Positions 53,270-64,000 of a stretch of 64,000 nucleotides of DNA are shown here, in pieces (positions within the stretch are counted from its first letter, which is position 1; the number at the start of each line of letters is the position of its first letter). Location of the stretch: positions 70,680,001-70,744,000 of the forward strand of contig OX597815.1 of NCBI GenBank assembly GCA_951406725.2. The letters are read 5' to 3'. The position numbers and the translations under genes are program-made. The DNA comes from Octopus vulgaris. Its lineage: Eukaryota. Below the pieces are notes generated by a model that had not been told where the DNA came from, did not search any database, and saw only the letters and a list, made by a program, of their open reading frames with translations.

Positions 53270-53850
53270 GAGTCTACCACAGAGACATTGAACATGCTTC
53301 AGCAAGTTTATGGTGATGAGGCAATGGGTAGTACACAATGTTTCAAGTGGCATGGTCGCTTAGAAAGTGGAAGAATGTACCTGGAAGATAATGAGCAATC
53401 TGGAAGACCTGCCATATGCATCTCCCCTAGAAATATGGAGAAAATTCATCAGCTTGAGCATGAGGATCGTTGGAGGATAATCAACAACATTTTCAAGCAT
53501 TTAAGGAGGACATTTGACGATAGTGATCAGATCTTTGGAGTGTAAAGAATTGGATTCTTCACAATGACAATGCACCCTGTCACTGAGCTCTCTCACTCAT
53601 GAGTTTCTGGCCAAAAGTAACATGGCATTGCTTCTGCACCTGCCCTATTCACAAGACTTAGTGCCTGCTGCAGACTTTCATCTCTTCCCCAAGATGAAAA
53701 TGCAGCTCAGAGGTCACTATTTTAACATTTCATTGTCAAGATCCTGAGTGAATTGCAGAAGGTCCTCGACTTGCTTATAGAAAATAACTTCCAGGCTGGA
53801 TTCCAAAAGTGGCAGGAATGCTGGGACACGTGTATTGCTGTGCAAGGTGC
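53270..53850 (+). mobile_element. Decayed mariner transposase fragment
   Basis: MLQQVYGDEAM...CFKWH.R..SGR..LED.E.SGRP; downstream HNDNAP and PYSQDL remnants. Confidence 0.75.
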
Positions 53851-54470
53851 CATGCAGTGGAACTAACCTCGAAACTAACCTTCTTAACCGCATAACCATG
53901 CCTGTGATTATATAACATTACATTATATTTTTTGATAAAAAAATATAAAATGAATAGAAATAATACAAGAATATAATAAAAGACTCCTGGAACAATACAA
54001 TATATGTATGTTATTGGCATCATATATGAATAGATTCAGAGATGTGCTAGTTTGTGGTAAAGGAAAATCTGATCAGTTGTAGATCACTTACAACAAACAA
54101 CAATAATCCTGAAGGGTTAATCCATCAATCTATTATCCCGAAAGGCAATGAAGTATTAAGAATCTTGATGCATATATGGACATCATAGGTACAAAGTTTC
54201 AAAAACCATGAAGTGCTTCATGATTGCTAAAGTATAAATTTAGAGTGAATCTTTGTTAAGTAAGATTTTATGGGGATGTGGAAATAATAGTTTGGAAAAT
54301 GTATAATTTGAAACCAAAAAACAGTTCAGAACAATTTGATATTAACCCTTTTGATACTCACTTGACTGAGAGTACCTCCAGTTCTATAAAACAACCATCC
54401 TGTTTTAAAATAAAGTAAATCACACACATAGATATATACATATATATATATATATTTGTGTGTGTGTGTT

Positions 54471-54564
<94 letters not shown>

Positions 54565-55249
54565 TATAATTGGCTTTCAGTTTCCACCCATCAAATTCAC
54601 TTATAAGGCTTTGGTTGGCCTGAGGCTATAGTAGAAGACATTCGCCCAAAGTGTCATGCAGTGGAACTGAACTTGGAATCATGTGGTGGTTAAGAAGCAA
54701 GTTTCTTACCACACAGCACACCTGCACCTACTTTGTGTTTCCCCCTCCCCTCACTGCTTCACATCTGGTGGCAGTGTGTTTACATCCCTGTAACATAGCA
54801 GTTCAGCAGAAGTGCCTAATAGAATAAGTATTAGGCTTCAAAAACTAATAAATCCAATTGTTGATTCATTTGACTTAAATCCTTCAAGGCAGTGCCCCAG
54901 CATGGTCACAGTCAAATGACTGAAATGAGTAAAAGAAAAAAGATAAATTAAAACTTTCCCATAAAATTTAATATTTATGTCATAAATACTAATTTAATAA
55001 AATGGCAAAGTTATTGCTATAAATTTTTTATTAATTTCAAAATTCATAAAAAAGTAGTTGTGTATTTTTGTATAAATATAAAATAACAACAGCATTAAAG
55101 ATACATGAAAACAAAACAATTAAAATGAAAAATGCTTAAAAGAATAAAATCTGTTCTATTAAAACAATACAATAGGAACTTTTTGAAAAGAAAACTCTTC
55201 TGATTGGAATGTTTCTTATGGTTTAGATTTCTTCCATAGGTGTTTGTTT

Positions 55250-56461
55250 TATTAAGTCATCAAGTATGCACCCATATTGTCAATACGTTTTTGTCATTTC
55301 AGAAGTAGCTTGTCCAGCCCGGAACTGTAAAAGCCTGGCAATCTAGAGTTAATAAAATCTTGGAATGCCTGCTTTGCAGCATCATCGGAATTAAAGTTTT
55401 TCCTATCAAAAAGTTATCCAAATTCTGGAAGAAGTGGTAGTCAGTGGGGGAAAGAGCAGGTGAGTATAGTCGATGATGGAGAACTTCCAACTCCATCTTC
55501 TGTAGTTTCACCAATGTCATTTTTGCGATGTGTGGTCTGATGTTGTCTTGCAATAAAATAGGAGTGGATCTGTTGACTAATCTAGGTTGTTTTTTTGTAA
55601 GTTTCAGCCTGATTTGGTCCAGTTGGCTGCTGTATACTTTAGCTGCGATTGATGAGCCAGGTTTAATGAAATCATAATGGGTCACACCTGCACCAGACCA
55701 CCAAACACACACCATCAGCTTCTTTTGATGAATTTTGCTTTTTGGACTATGTTTTGGTGGCTTGTCATTGTCCAGTCATTGTGCTGAACATTTACAGTTG
55801 CTGTATTGGATCCATTTCCCATCACATATTAGAATTCGATTAAAAAATTATTAATTTTTGTGACGAGAAAGTAGTGTAAGCAGACTTCCAAATATTACTG
55901 CTTCTGATTTTCATTGAATTCATGTGGAACCTATTTATCTAACTTTTTCACTTTACTTATTTGAACTAGTTGAGTCAATATTGTTTTCTTGCTAACACCA
56001 AACAACAACGATAATTCATGAGCACTTTGAGATGGATCTGACTTGATGGTGGCTTTCAGTTTGTCATTATCCACCTTTGTTTCTGGTTGACTGCGTTGCT
56101 CATTTGTGGTCAAAGTTACCAGAACGAAATTTTGCAAACCAATTTGATGCTGTCTGTTGTGTAATAACATTAGAATGAAATACTCCATTTATATTCCGAT
56201 TGTGATGCTGAATTTCCAAGAAAGAACTCATATTTCAAAACTTTACTACGAATTTCCAACTTATCCATCTCTAAACAAAAATAGCAAAAAACGATTTATA
56301 AATACTTTATAAAGTGCAAAATGAGTTAGAATAAAACTATAGATGTGTCAGCTTTCTAACAAAAAAATAAAGATTGCCGAAACATAATAATGGTGCAAAA
56401 TGAGCAGCTATCAAAGTTTACCATATGCCTTACGACAAATTTCATACTTGATGACCTAATA
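55250..56461 (-). mobile_element. Full-length decayed mariner
   Basis: TIRs TATTAAGTCATCAAGTATG / CATACTTGATGACCTAATA; MVCVWW, LLQDNIRPH, YSPALSPTDYHFF. Confidence 0.88.
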
Positions 56462-56474
56462 ATGTTATATCTTT

Positions 56475-56830
56475 TCTTCTACTTATTTCAATCATTGGAC
56501 TGAGGCTATGCTGGGGCAACATCTTAAAGAGTTTAGTTGAACAAATTGATCCACATACTTAATTTTTGAGCCTAGTATTCAGTCTATCAGTCACTTTTGC
56601 CAAACTGCCAATTTACAGGGGATGTAAACAAATCAAAAATGGTTTCAAGTTTTGATGGGGAAACAAACACAAACACTCATACATATATAACTGGCTTCTT
56701 TCACTTTCTGTTAACCAATGCACTCACAAGGCATTGGTCAACCCAGGGCTATAATAGTGTCTTGCAGTGGGACTGAGCATTAAGCTACAAGGTTGCAAAG
56801 TGAGCTTCTTAACCACAGAGTAATGCCTGG
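56475..56830 (-). mobile_element. Decayed family-1 SINE
   Basis: Reverse-complement similarity to 11091-11465. Confidence 0.6.
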
Positions 56831-58404
56831 GTTCATAAAGATGTAAGAAATATTTCACAAAAAGTATTTTACATATTTCACATACATTATAGTTAAGAAT
56901 TAAGATGAAACTGTGCCACTGTGAAGAACAAAGTACAGAATACTTTCCTATATCATTATTTTAAATTTCCTTACCAGTGCATATATTATTTTTCTCAACA
57001 TCTATATCAGGCATGACCAACCTTTTTATGAAAAGCAGGTTGCATGAATTATGGCTCATTCTCAGGCAAATTGCACTATTAAAAAAAAATTCACAGTAAT
57101 TTTTTATTAGGTATGCCATTGAGAAAGCCCTATGTGCTGCAGTTTTTCCATGGCTAATCTATATTCTCTGTCATTCTAACATCTGGAGTTATCACCATAC
57201 ATACTTACCAAACATCAAATTCATGCCCCACCGTATTTCAACATATAATTTAAAATCAATTTTCATTTCAGACTTATTTTCTTTAGCATTTATGATAAAA
57301 ATTGTCATTAACACTTATGATTTTTCATTTCATTATGGATGATATTTCAACTGATTAAATATTTTGCAGGGGTTTGCTACATTAATTATATTAACCTTTA
57401 CTTAACTGCTGATTTATTAAGAACTGCACAAAGCCAAATATTTGTTGAGGAGAAATACAATTGAATGAAACAACCCAGAATGATGCAGGTATTTGAGACA
57501 TGAAGAATCAAAGACAGAGGTAACTATGAAAGAATATTACAATATAGTCAGTTTGGTAATTTATCAGAACACTGTATCCCTCTACCAAAATTTAAATACT
57601 TATTATTATTATTTGATGACTTTGACAAATGCATATGTACATGAGGGAGCTTTAACATGGTTGCTTGACCTCCTAGCCTTAGCTGCCACATTACTCTCAT
57701 ATCATACCTTACTTTTCTAAAAAAAGGCAGGATACATTGGATTAATATTTTTTCTGTTTCTTGTACATAAGAAACATATGGGATGGTCATGGCTGGGATA
57801 CTTTTGATCATAGATTTGCTCAATTTGAGGCTAAGCAGCATTTCTTTCTCCTTGGAACGACATACTTAAAAATTCATTCCTCATTTTCAGTATCATCTCT
57901 TCTAGCTATTTTTCCACCAATCACCCTTTTTGTACCTCCATTTATCTCTCCCTCTCCTCCAAACTACATCTTAGGACTGTCTTATCTCTTCTTTAACTCT
58001 CTAATCTGCTTTCACTCTCAACACAGTCTCACATCTGTCATCAACAGCTTCCTTTTCATCTTAGTCTCCCACTCACTGCAGCCAGTCCTATGCACCTCTG
58101 ACATCCATCTCCGTCAATGTACTTCCCCCCCCCTCTCTGCACTTCATGTCCTATTTTCTGCTCTATCTACAGCTTCATAATACTGTTGCTCTCTTCCCTT
58201 CCTCTACTGCCACCATAGCCTACACATGGAATAGAAGAAAATAGTTTGAGTTTTTTGAGACCATCTCAATAGTTAAGGTTGTCGTACCATTTATTTATTA
58301 TTTAATTTATGGGCATTGACCTCTGGAGATACTTCAATTCTCATAGTATTTTGTGTATGGAAATCAGGGAGAGCAGAAATATTGAAGTGAGACCTGGTAA
58401 AACA

Positions 58405-58694
58405 GAGAAGTGGTAGTCAGTGGGGGAAAGAGCATGTGAGTATAGTTGATGATGGAGAACTTCCAATTCCATCTTCTGTAGTTTCACCAATGTCATTTTT
58501 GTGATGTGTGGTCTGACGTTGTCTTGCAATAAAATAGGAGTGGATCTGTTGACTAATCTAGGCTGTTTTTTTGTAAGTTTCAGCCTCATTTGGTCCAGTT
58601 GGCTGTATACTTTAGCTGCGATTGATGAGCCAGGTTTAATGAAATCATAATGGGTCACACCTGCACCAGACCACCAAACACACACCATCAGCTT
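58405..58694 (-). mobile_element. Near-identical duplicate of an internal piece of the 55250 mariner
   Basis: Translation almost identical to 55430-55715; no TIRs. Confidence 0.85.
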
Positions 58695-59631
58695 GGAGGA
58701 ATCTGTCCATATTGTATGTGAATGTTATAGAGTTTTTCTCTTTGATTTCTTTCAGAATAATGTTGAATAACGCAGGAACCATTGAGGTAAAAATGTTGTG
58801 ACCCAATGTTATGTGATATGAGTTTTATTTTTGTAGAAGGGATTTGTGAGCTTGATACCAGCATTATTTGAACATCATCATTTAACCTTCATTTTCCATG
58901 CTGTCATGGGTTGGATGGTTTGACAGGAGCTTGTAAGGTTAATAATTGCACCAAGCCCCATAGTCTGTTTTGGCACGGTCTCTACATCTGAATGCCCTTC
59001 CTAATACCATCCACTTCACAGAGTGTACTGGGTGCTTTCTATGTGGCAGCAGCACTAGTGCATTTTATGTGGCACCATAATCAGTACTTTTTACATGGCA
59101 CCAACACCAGTGCTTTTCATGTGGACCAGTACCAGTGCTTTTTCTGAGGCACCAACAAGATTATGAAGTACCTTACAAGACAAGAACCTCTTGACTGCAA
59201 GGCGGAGTACAGGCAAGGTTGTTTATGGAAGACCAACAGTCGTCTATGCATACCAGCCTCAACTCTCCATGCCACCGATGGTTATCCAAAGGAAAGGCAA
59301 AGGCTGATACAGCTTGGCACCAGTGATGTGGCAACTCATTTCTACAGCTGAGCAAACTGGAGCAATGTGAAATAAAGTTTCTTGTTCAAGAACACAACAC
59401 TCAGCCTAGTCTGGGAATCAAACTCATTGTCTCATGATTCTGAGCTTGTGCCTGGGTTATATCAAGCCCAAGCATGTTTATTTGCACCACTATCTCCATA
59501 TTAGCTCACCCGTATTCTTCTTATAGCCACTTTATCCCACAAACCCAGATTAAGATTTTGGAGTGTCAGTTCAAATCATTTGAGCACTAATACATGTTTT
59601 CTATATTGAGCATCTCTGGATCTCACCTGTT

Positions 59632-59689
<58 letters not shown>

Positions 59690-60039
59690 TACATGTATCT
59701 AAAACCCATACATATTCACAATCATTTAAATGAAGCCTGTGTGTGTTTACATCTCTATCGGTAACTAAGATTCATATAAATTTTATTTACAATTGCAACA
59801 AAATTCCCTTTTTTGGCTCCAATATGAATTGAAGGTATTATGATCAGTTATAAGGAAATATCACTGGATCCCGACAAGAGAGAAATGCAACCGAAATATG
59901 AAGTCGTATATACCTTTGTAAAGATGATATAAACAACGTTTGGGACCTCAGATTTTTTTGTTAGTTAATTAGTTTTGAAAAATAATAATTAAAATGCTGA
60001 CTTGAGTGCTATTACAATCTATTATTATAGTGAGAAATA

Positions 60040-60258
60040 AGGCAGCGAGCTGACAGAAACTTTACTGCGCCGGACAAAATGCCAAGCGGTATTTCGTTCG
60101 ATTTTACATTCTCAGTTCAAATGTCGCCGACATTGACTTTGCCCTTCATCATTTTGGGGGTGATGAAATAAATTATTGGTGAAGTACAAGAGGTGGATGT
60201 AATCAACTAGTCTACTCACGCAAAACTTCAGGCCTTGTGCCTATACTAGAAAGGATTA
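60040..60258 (+). mobile_element. SINE family 2
   Basis: GGCAGCGAGCTGACAGAAAC...AGTTCAAAT head. Confidence 0.7.
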
Positions 60259-60676
60259 ATACAGTGGAAAATAATTTGCTGATAATAGGGAAATAACTCG
60301 AAAAATAAAGTGGTTTTAATGATACAGTGGTTTCGTCGCTCTTCAGTTGGAAAAATACAATATATATGAATATATTGCTTTGACTGTAAATCTATAGGAA
60401 ATATGTTAGGAAATTATATTGCAACTGAAGAAAATGTGACATATTTCAACCTAAATAGTAACGTGTATGTCCTGTGTTAATAGTGTATCCGAAGTATAAA
60501 TCAGATTTCCGGTCATTAAAACTCACTAAAGATAAAAAAACACAAAAAAAACAACAACTTTATTCACTTATTTACAAAGGAAACATCATCATACATGTTA
60601 TCATTTATAGTCCAAAAAATGATGTTTTTAGCAAAATATTAAGAATATTATCAATTGAAAATTGTTAGAAGAGAAA

Positions 60677-61132
60677 ATGGCGGATTGGTATCTAAAAATT
60701 GTGTTTGTTGGTGCAATCGGACCCCCTGCATCTGATTTGCATTGTCATCTAGGAGAATGAATTTACAAAACACTATATTATTTATCCTTTAAATTTTTGA
60801 TAAAAAATATCTTGAACGGGCAAATGAAAGACTTAAAATGTAGTCTTGATCGTAGCCTATATTGATTTTTCAGTGTAGACAACACAAGATGTTTGTGGTG
60901 ATATTATGTGCCAGAACTTATCTCTGAAACAGAATTTCTGCGATAAAATGTAGCCACATCTTTTCTTTGGGTTTTTCGGTGAACTGGTTAGGTTTTGTAA
61001 TGAAGTTACAGTAGTTTACACTACAAATATTGAAACAAAAAACACAGTTGTTATATTTCGGCTGCCATATTTGTAGTTGTTTGTCGCACTGTTGATGTGA
61101 TTTCTACTACGTCCGTGCGCAATCTATAAATA
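60677..61132 (+). promoter_or_regulatory. H1-type promoter (locus 3)
   Basis: ATGGCGG 60677; TGTGTTT 60700; AAACACA 61040-61046; GCCAT ending 61068; CTACGTCCG 61107; TATAAATA 61125. Confidence 0.82.
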
Positions 61133-61458
61133 AGCTTGTAACGTTAGGAAGTGCAACTTGAGTTAGTCACTTGTCGTTCGTTTTTGCGAACATTCCGTCG
61201 AGCTTCGTAACCAGAATCTTCGTTCATACTGAAGGATTTTCATTTTTTTTTTTTTCATATTTACGAGGTGCATTCCGGAAGTTTTGAAACTTTTAGGAGA
61301 GGTAGTTGTAGCTATCATAAATTATTGTAATTTTAGTAATACATTTAAGTTGACTTGCGAATGTTTTTTTTATAATTCCAGACTGTGCAAAACGGCTGTA
61401 ACATCCCTTTGAAAACACCCCACTAAACACAGCTTGTTGCGGCTGACAAGTTTGTAGA

Positions 61459-62523
61459 ATGCAGTCAGGACGCGAAGACAATTTGGAAGTTCGCTATGCA
61501 ATAAAGTTTTGTGTTAAACTGGGCAAAAACGCTAGAGAAACTTATGAAATGCTCCAGGCTGCTTATGGATTAACTTGTATGTGTCGATCATCTGTTTTTC
61601 GCTGGCACAAGAGGTTTAAGGACGGTAGAGCGGAGGTAAGAGACGATGAGAGGTGTGGAAGGGAGAAAGACGTCAGAACATCAGAACTAGTGGAGAAAAT
61701 TCGCAATTTTCTGCATGAAGATAGTCGTGTGTCTATAAAGACAATAAGCATACAATTTGGAGTTGGTGTGGCAACTGTACACAGAATTATTCATGAAGAT
61801 TTGAAAATGCGCAAAATTTGTGCTAAGTTTGTTCCTAGTGTGCTCAGTGATGAACAAAAAGAAAGACGCGTTGGTGACAGCAAGGAGATGGTTGAACTCA
61901 TTACCTCCAATCCAAGAGTACTTGAGTCTCTGGTGACATGTGACGAAAGCTGGATCTACTGTTATGATCCAGAGACCGAGGGACAGAGTGCCCAAAGTAA
62001 TCTTGGCTCCCCCACACCGAAGAAGGCCAAGCAAAGCAAGTACACCAGGAAGCTCATGATGATCCCCTTTTTCGACAGCAAAGGCATAATCTACACCCAC
62101 TGGGTTCCCTTTGGCCAGAGCGTCACCAAAGAGTATTTTGTGGAGGTTTTGAGGGAGTTCGGGGAAAGATTTCCCTACAAAAGGCCAGAGCTCTACCAAT
62201 CGGGTCGGTGGCATCTACACCAGGACAATACACCAGTCCACAATTCCATCCTGGTAACCAACTACTTGACAGAGATGGGCATTAAAACTGTCCCTCAACC
62301 GCCCTGCAGTCCAGATCTTTCTCCCTGTGACTTTTGGTTTTTCTCCAGGCTGAAAGAGAAACTCAAAGGTAGACGTTTTGATGACATTGAGAAGATAAAG
62401 GAGGCTGTGACAAAGGTCCTGGACACTTTCACTTTGGAGGACTTTCACGGAGCTTTCACCAAGTGGCTAGAGCGCTACAACAAGTGCATTGAAGTGAAAG
62501 GATCCTACTTTGAAGGAGAATAA
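61459..62523 (+). CDS. Mariner transposase, uninterrupted 354-aa ORF, DD34D
   Basis: HTH N-terminus; FVPSVL linker; TCDESW, HQDNTPVH, CSPDLSPCDFW with exactly 34 residues between the last two Asp. Confidence 0.9.
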   Translation: MQSGREDNLEVRYAIKFCVKLGKNARETYEMLQAAYGLTCMCRSSVFRWHKRFKDGRAEVRDDERCGREKDVRTSELVEKIRNFLHEDSRVSIKTISIQFGVGVATVHRIIHEDLKMRKICAKFVPSVLSDEQKERRVGDSKEMVELITSNPRVLESLVTCDESWIYCYDPETEGQSAQSNLGSPTPKKAKQSKYTRKLMMIPFFDSKGIIYTHWVPFGQSVTKEYFVEVLREFGERFPYKRPELYQSGRWHLHQDNTPVHNSILVTNYLTEMGIKTVPQPPCSPDLSPCDFWFFSRLKEKLKGRRFDDIEKIKEAVTKVLDTFTLEDFHGAFTKWLERYNKCIEVKGSYFEGE

Positions 62524-62557
62524 TTTTGTACCTCTTTGAAACTAATAACTATCTCTT

Positions 62558-62775
62558 ATTTCTTTATTGCCCACAAGGGGCTAAACATAGAGGGGACAGA
62601 CAAAGGGATTAAGTCAATTACAACGACCCCAGTGCGTAACTGGTACTTATTTAATCGACCCAGAAAGGATGAAAGGCTAAGTCGACCTCGGCGGAATTTG
62701 AACTCAGAACGTTAAGACGGACGAAATACCGCTCAGCATTTCGCCCGGCGTGCTAACGTTTCTGCCAGCTCGCCG
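62558..62775 (-). mobile_element. Family-2 SINE nested in the mariner 3' region
   Basis: 18-bp TSD AACTAATAAC(T/C)ATCTCTT at 62540 and 62781. Confidence 0.85.
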
Positions 62776-62850
62776 TCTTCAACTAATAACCATCTCTTCT
62801 GCAAAGGTCTCAAAACTCTTGAATGCACCTGGTACATTGATTGAACAATC

Positions 62851-63048
62851 ATGTCTGACGCCACTGCACCCGCTTCTGTTGGTCCTTTTAAGGTCACTGC
62901 TGGTAGAAAAGGAAAAAAACTAAGAAGGTACACGTTAAACCAAAAACTGAAGGAAGCTAAGAAAAGTGGTACCAAGAAAGCAGCCACGAAACTTATAGCC
63001 CCAAAGGAAGCCGCCAAAACACCCAAGGCCGCAGCAAAGAAAAAGTAA
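62851..63048 (+). pseudogene. Globular-domain-less H1 derivative (locus 3), 65-aa ORF
   Basis: MSDATAPA joined to SVGPFKV (equivalent to ASGSFKI), then a K/A/P tail ending TPKAAAKKK*. Confidence 0.8.
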
Positions 63049-63118
63049 ACGAACTTTACATAAAAAAACAACAAACATTACAAAGTGACTTGTAAAATAT
63101 AATTGTATAAAATAATTC

Positions 63119-63533
63119 GGATCTTTTCGGTTTGAATGACAGTTTTTTCTAGCGGTGTCATATGAAATTGTCACCCATAATTATTACCCTAGTGTCGATC
63201 TATTGCATTTCAATCTGTTTTAGGGTTAGGGGTGGGGGGAAGGGTATATTTTTTTCTTCAGAAATGTAAATAAACCCAATCTGTTTCTTAAACGAGGGAC
63301 ATTCATACGGCACAGAATGTTTTTTTTATCTTAATAGACGTCATTGATTGGTTGAAATTGCAGAAATTAAAGAAAAAAAAAAACAAGAAATATCTTACAA
63401 ACTATAGAATTTTCTCAATAAAGCCAAGAGAAAAAGATGTTTTATAAACACATTCTACCAGTATACGAAGTTTAAAAGTGTTTAGTTATGCGGAAATTAT
63501 TTTAAAAAACTGCCGTTCAAACCGAAAAGATCC
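63119..63533. mobile_element. MITE with 8-bp TSD, just 3' of locus 3
   Basis: TIRs GGATCTTTTCGGTTTGAA / TTCAAACCGAAAAGATCC; TSD AATAATTC. Confidence 0.88.
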
Positions 63534-64000
63534 AATAATTCTTGTCATTAATATTTCAACCGATCATTTCCTCCGGTTTTTTCCCTCAGTATGAACTTTT
63601 ATACATTTTCATCTGTAAATATTCATTTGTCATTAATGGAGGGCGTTTGAATAATTCTTATGGAAATCGCTCTTCCAATATTCGTTTAAAAGATAAAGAT
63701 TCATTATTTCAAATTAAATTCACTTTTTTTTTTTTTGCATGCTATTCGAAACCATTTTATGTCCGTTATATATCTTTACTTTTGAGAAATCCGCACCTAG
63801 CAATTTATCTGGTTGCAGGTATATTATTTCTGTTTAATATGTTGTAGCGACATATTCAAGCTATTTCATCTGACACCAGATCTTTTTAAATGTCTGTTGT
63901 GTGTGGAACTCCACCACTGACAAATATAAACCGAATAGGCTGCAACATTTGTGGTAAAATATATAGCCTATAAATATTAATATACACAGGCAGGTGTTTA

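Larger units (their letters stand above)
61264..62832 (+). mobile_element. Full-length mariner with TA TSD, inserted in the locus-3 H1 5'UTR
   Basis: TA|CGAGGTGCATTCCGGAAGTTTTGAAAC ... GTCTCAAAACTCTTGAATGCACCTGG|TA. Confidence 0.92.

Noticed and set aside
61459-62523. SETMAR gene call
   Set aside because: No SET domain; it is a mariner transposase with TIRs and a TA TSD

Overview
AT-rich, repeat-dense animal genomic DNA. The SINE, RTE and (TA)n landscape suggests an octopod cephalopod, which is my inference. The only clear intact host gene is an intronless linker histone H1 (12912-13454). It belongs to a hidden H1-only cluster of four loci: ~6.1-7.3 kb (-), 12.35-13.45 kb (+), 27.0-28.35 kb (+) and 60.7-63.05 kb (+). 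All four share a mirror-symmetric promoter, ATGGC-N18-TGTGTTT ...~350 bp... AAACACA-N17-GCCAT, followed by CTACGTC and a TATA box. The three derived loci each carry a sense-oriented Tc1/mariner in the 5'UTR, one of them with an intact 354-aa DD34D transposase ORF, and each retains an H1 remnant lacking the globular domain. A second hidden feature is a cluster of hammerhead ribozymes at 23.9-26.0 kb. It includes a ~362-nt structured retrozyme/Penelope-pLTR-like unit interrupted by an ORF1-only L1/Tx1-like element with a 16-bp TSD. The remainder is decayed Gypsy, Helitron, RTE, hAT, mariner, MITE/foldback and SINE sequence, plus large palindromes. All alignments were done by eye.
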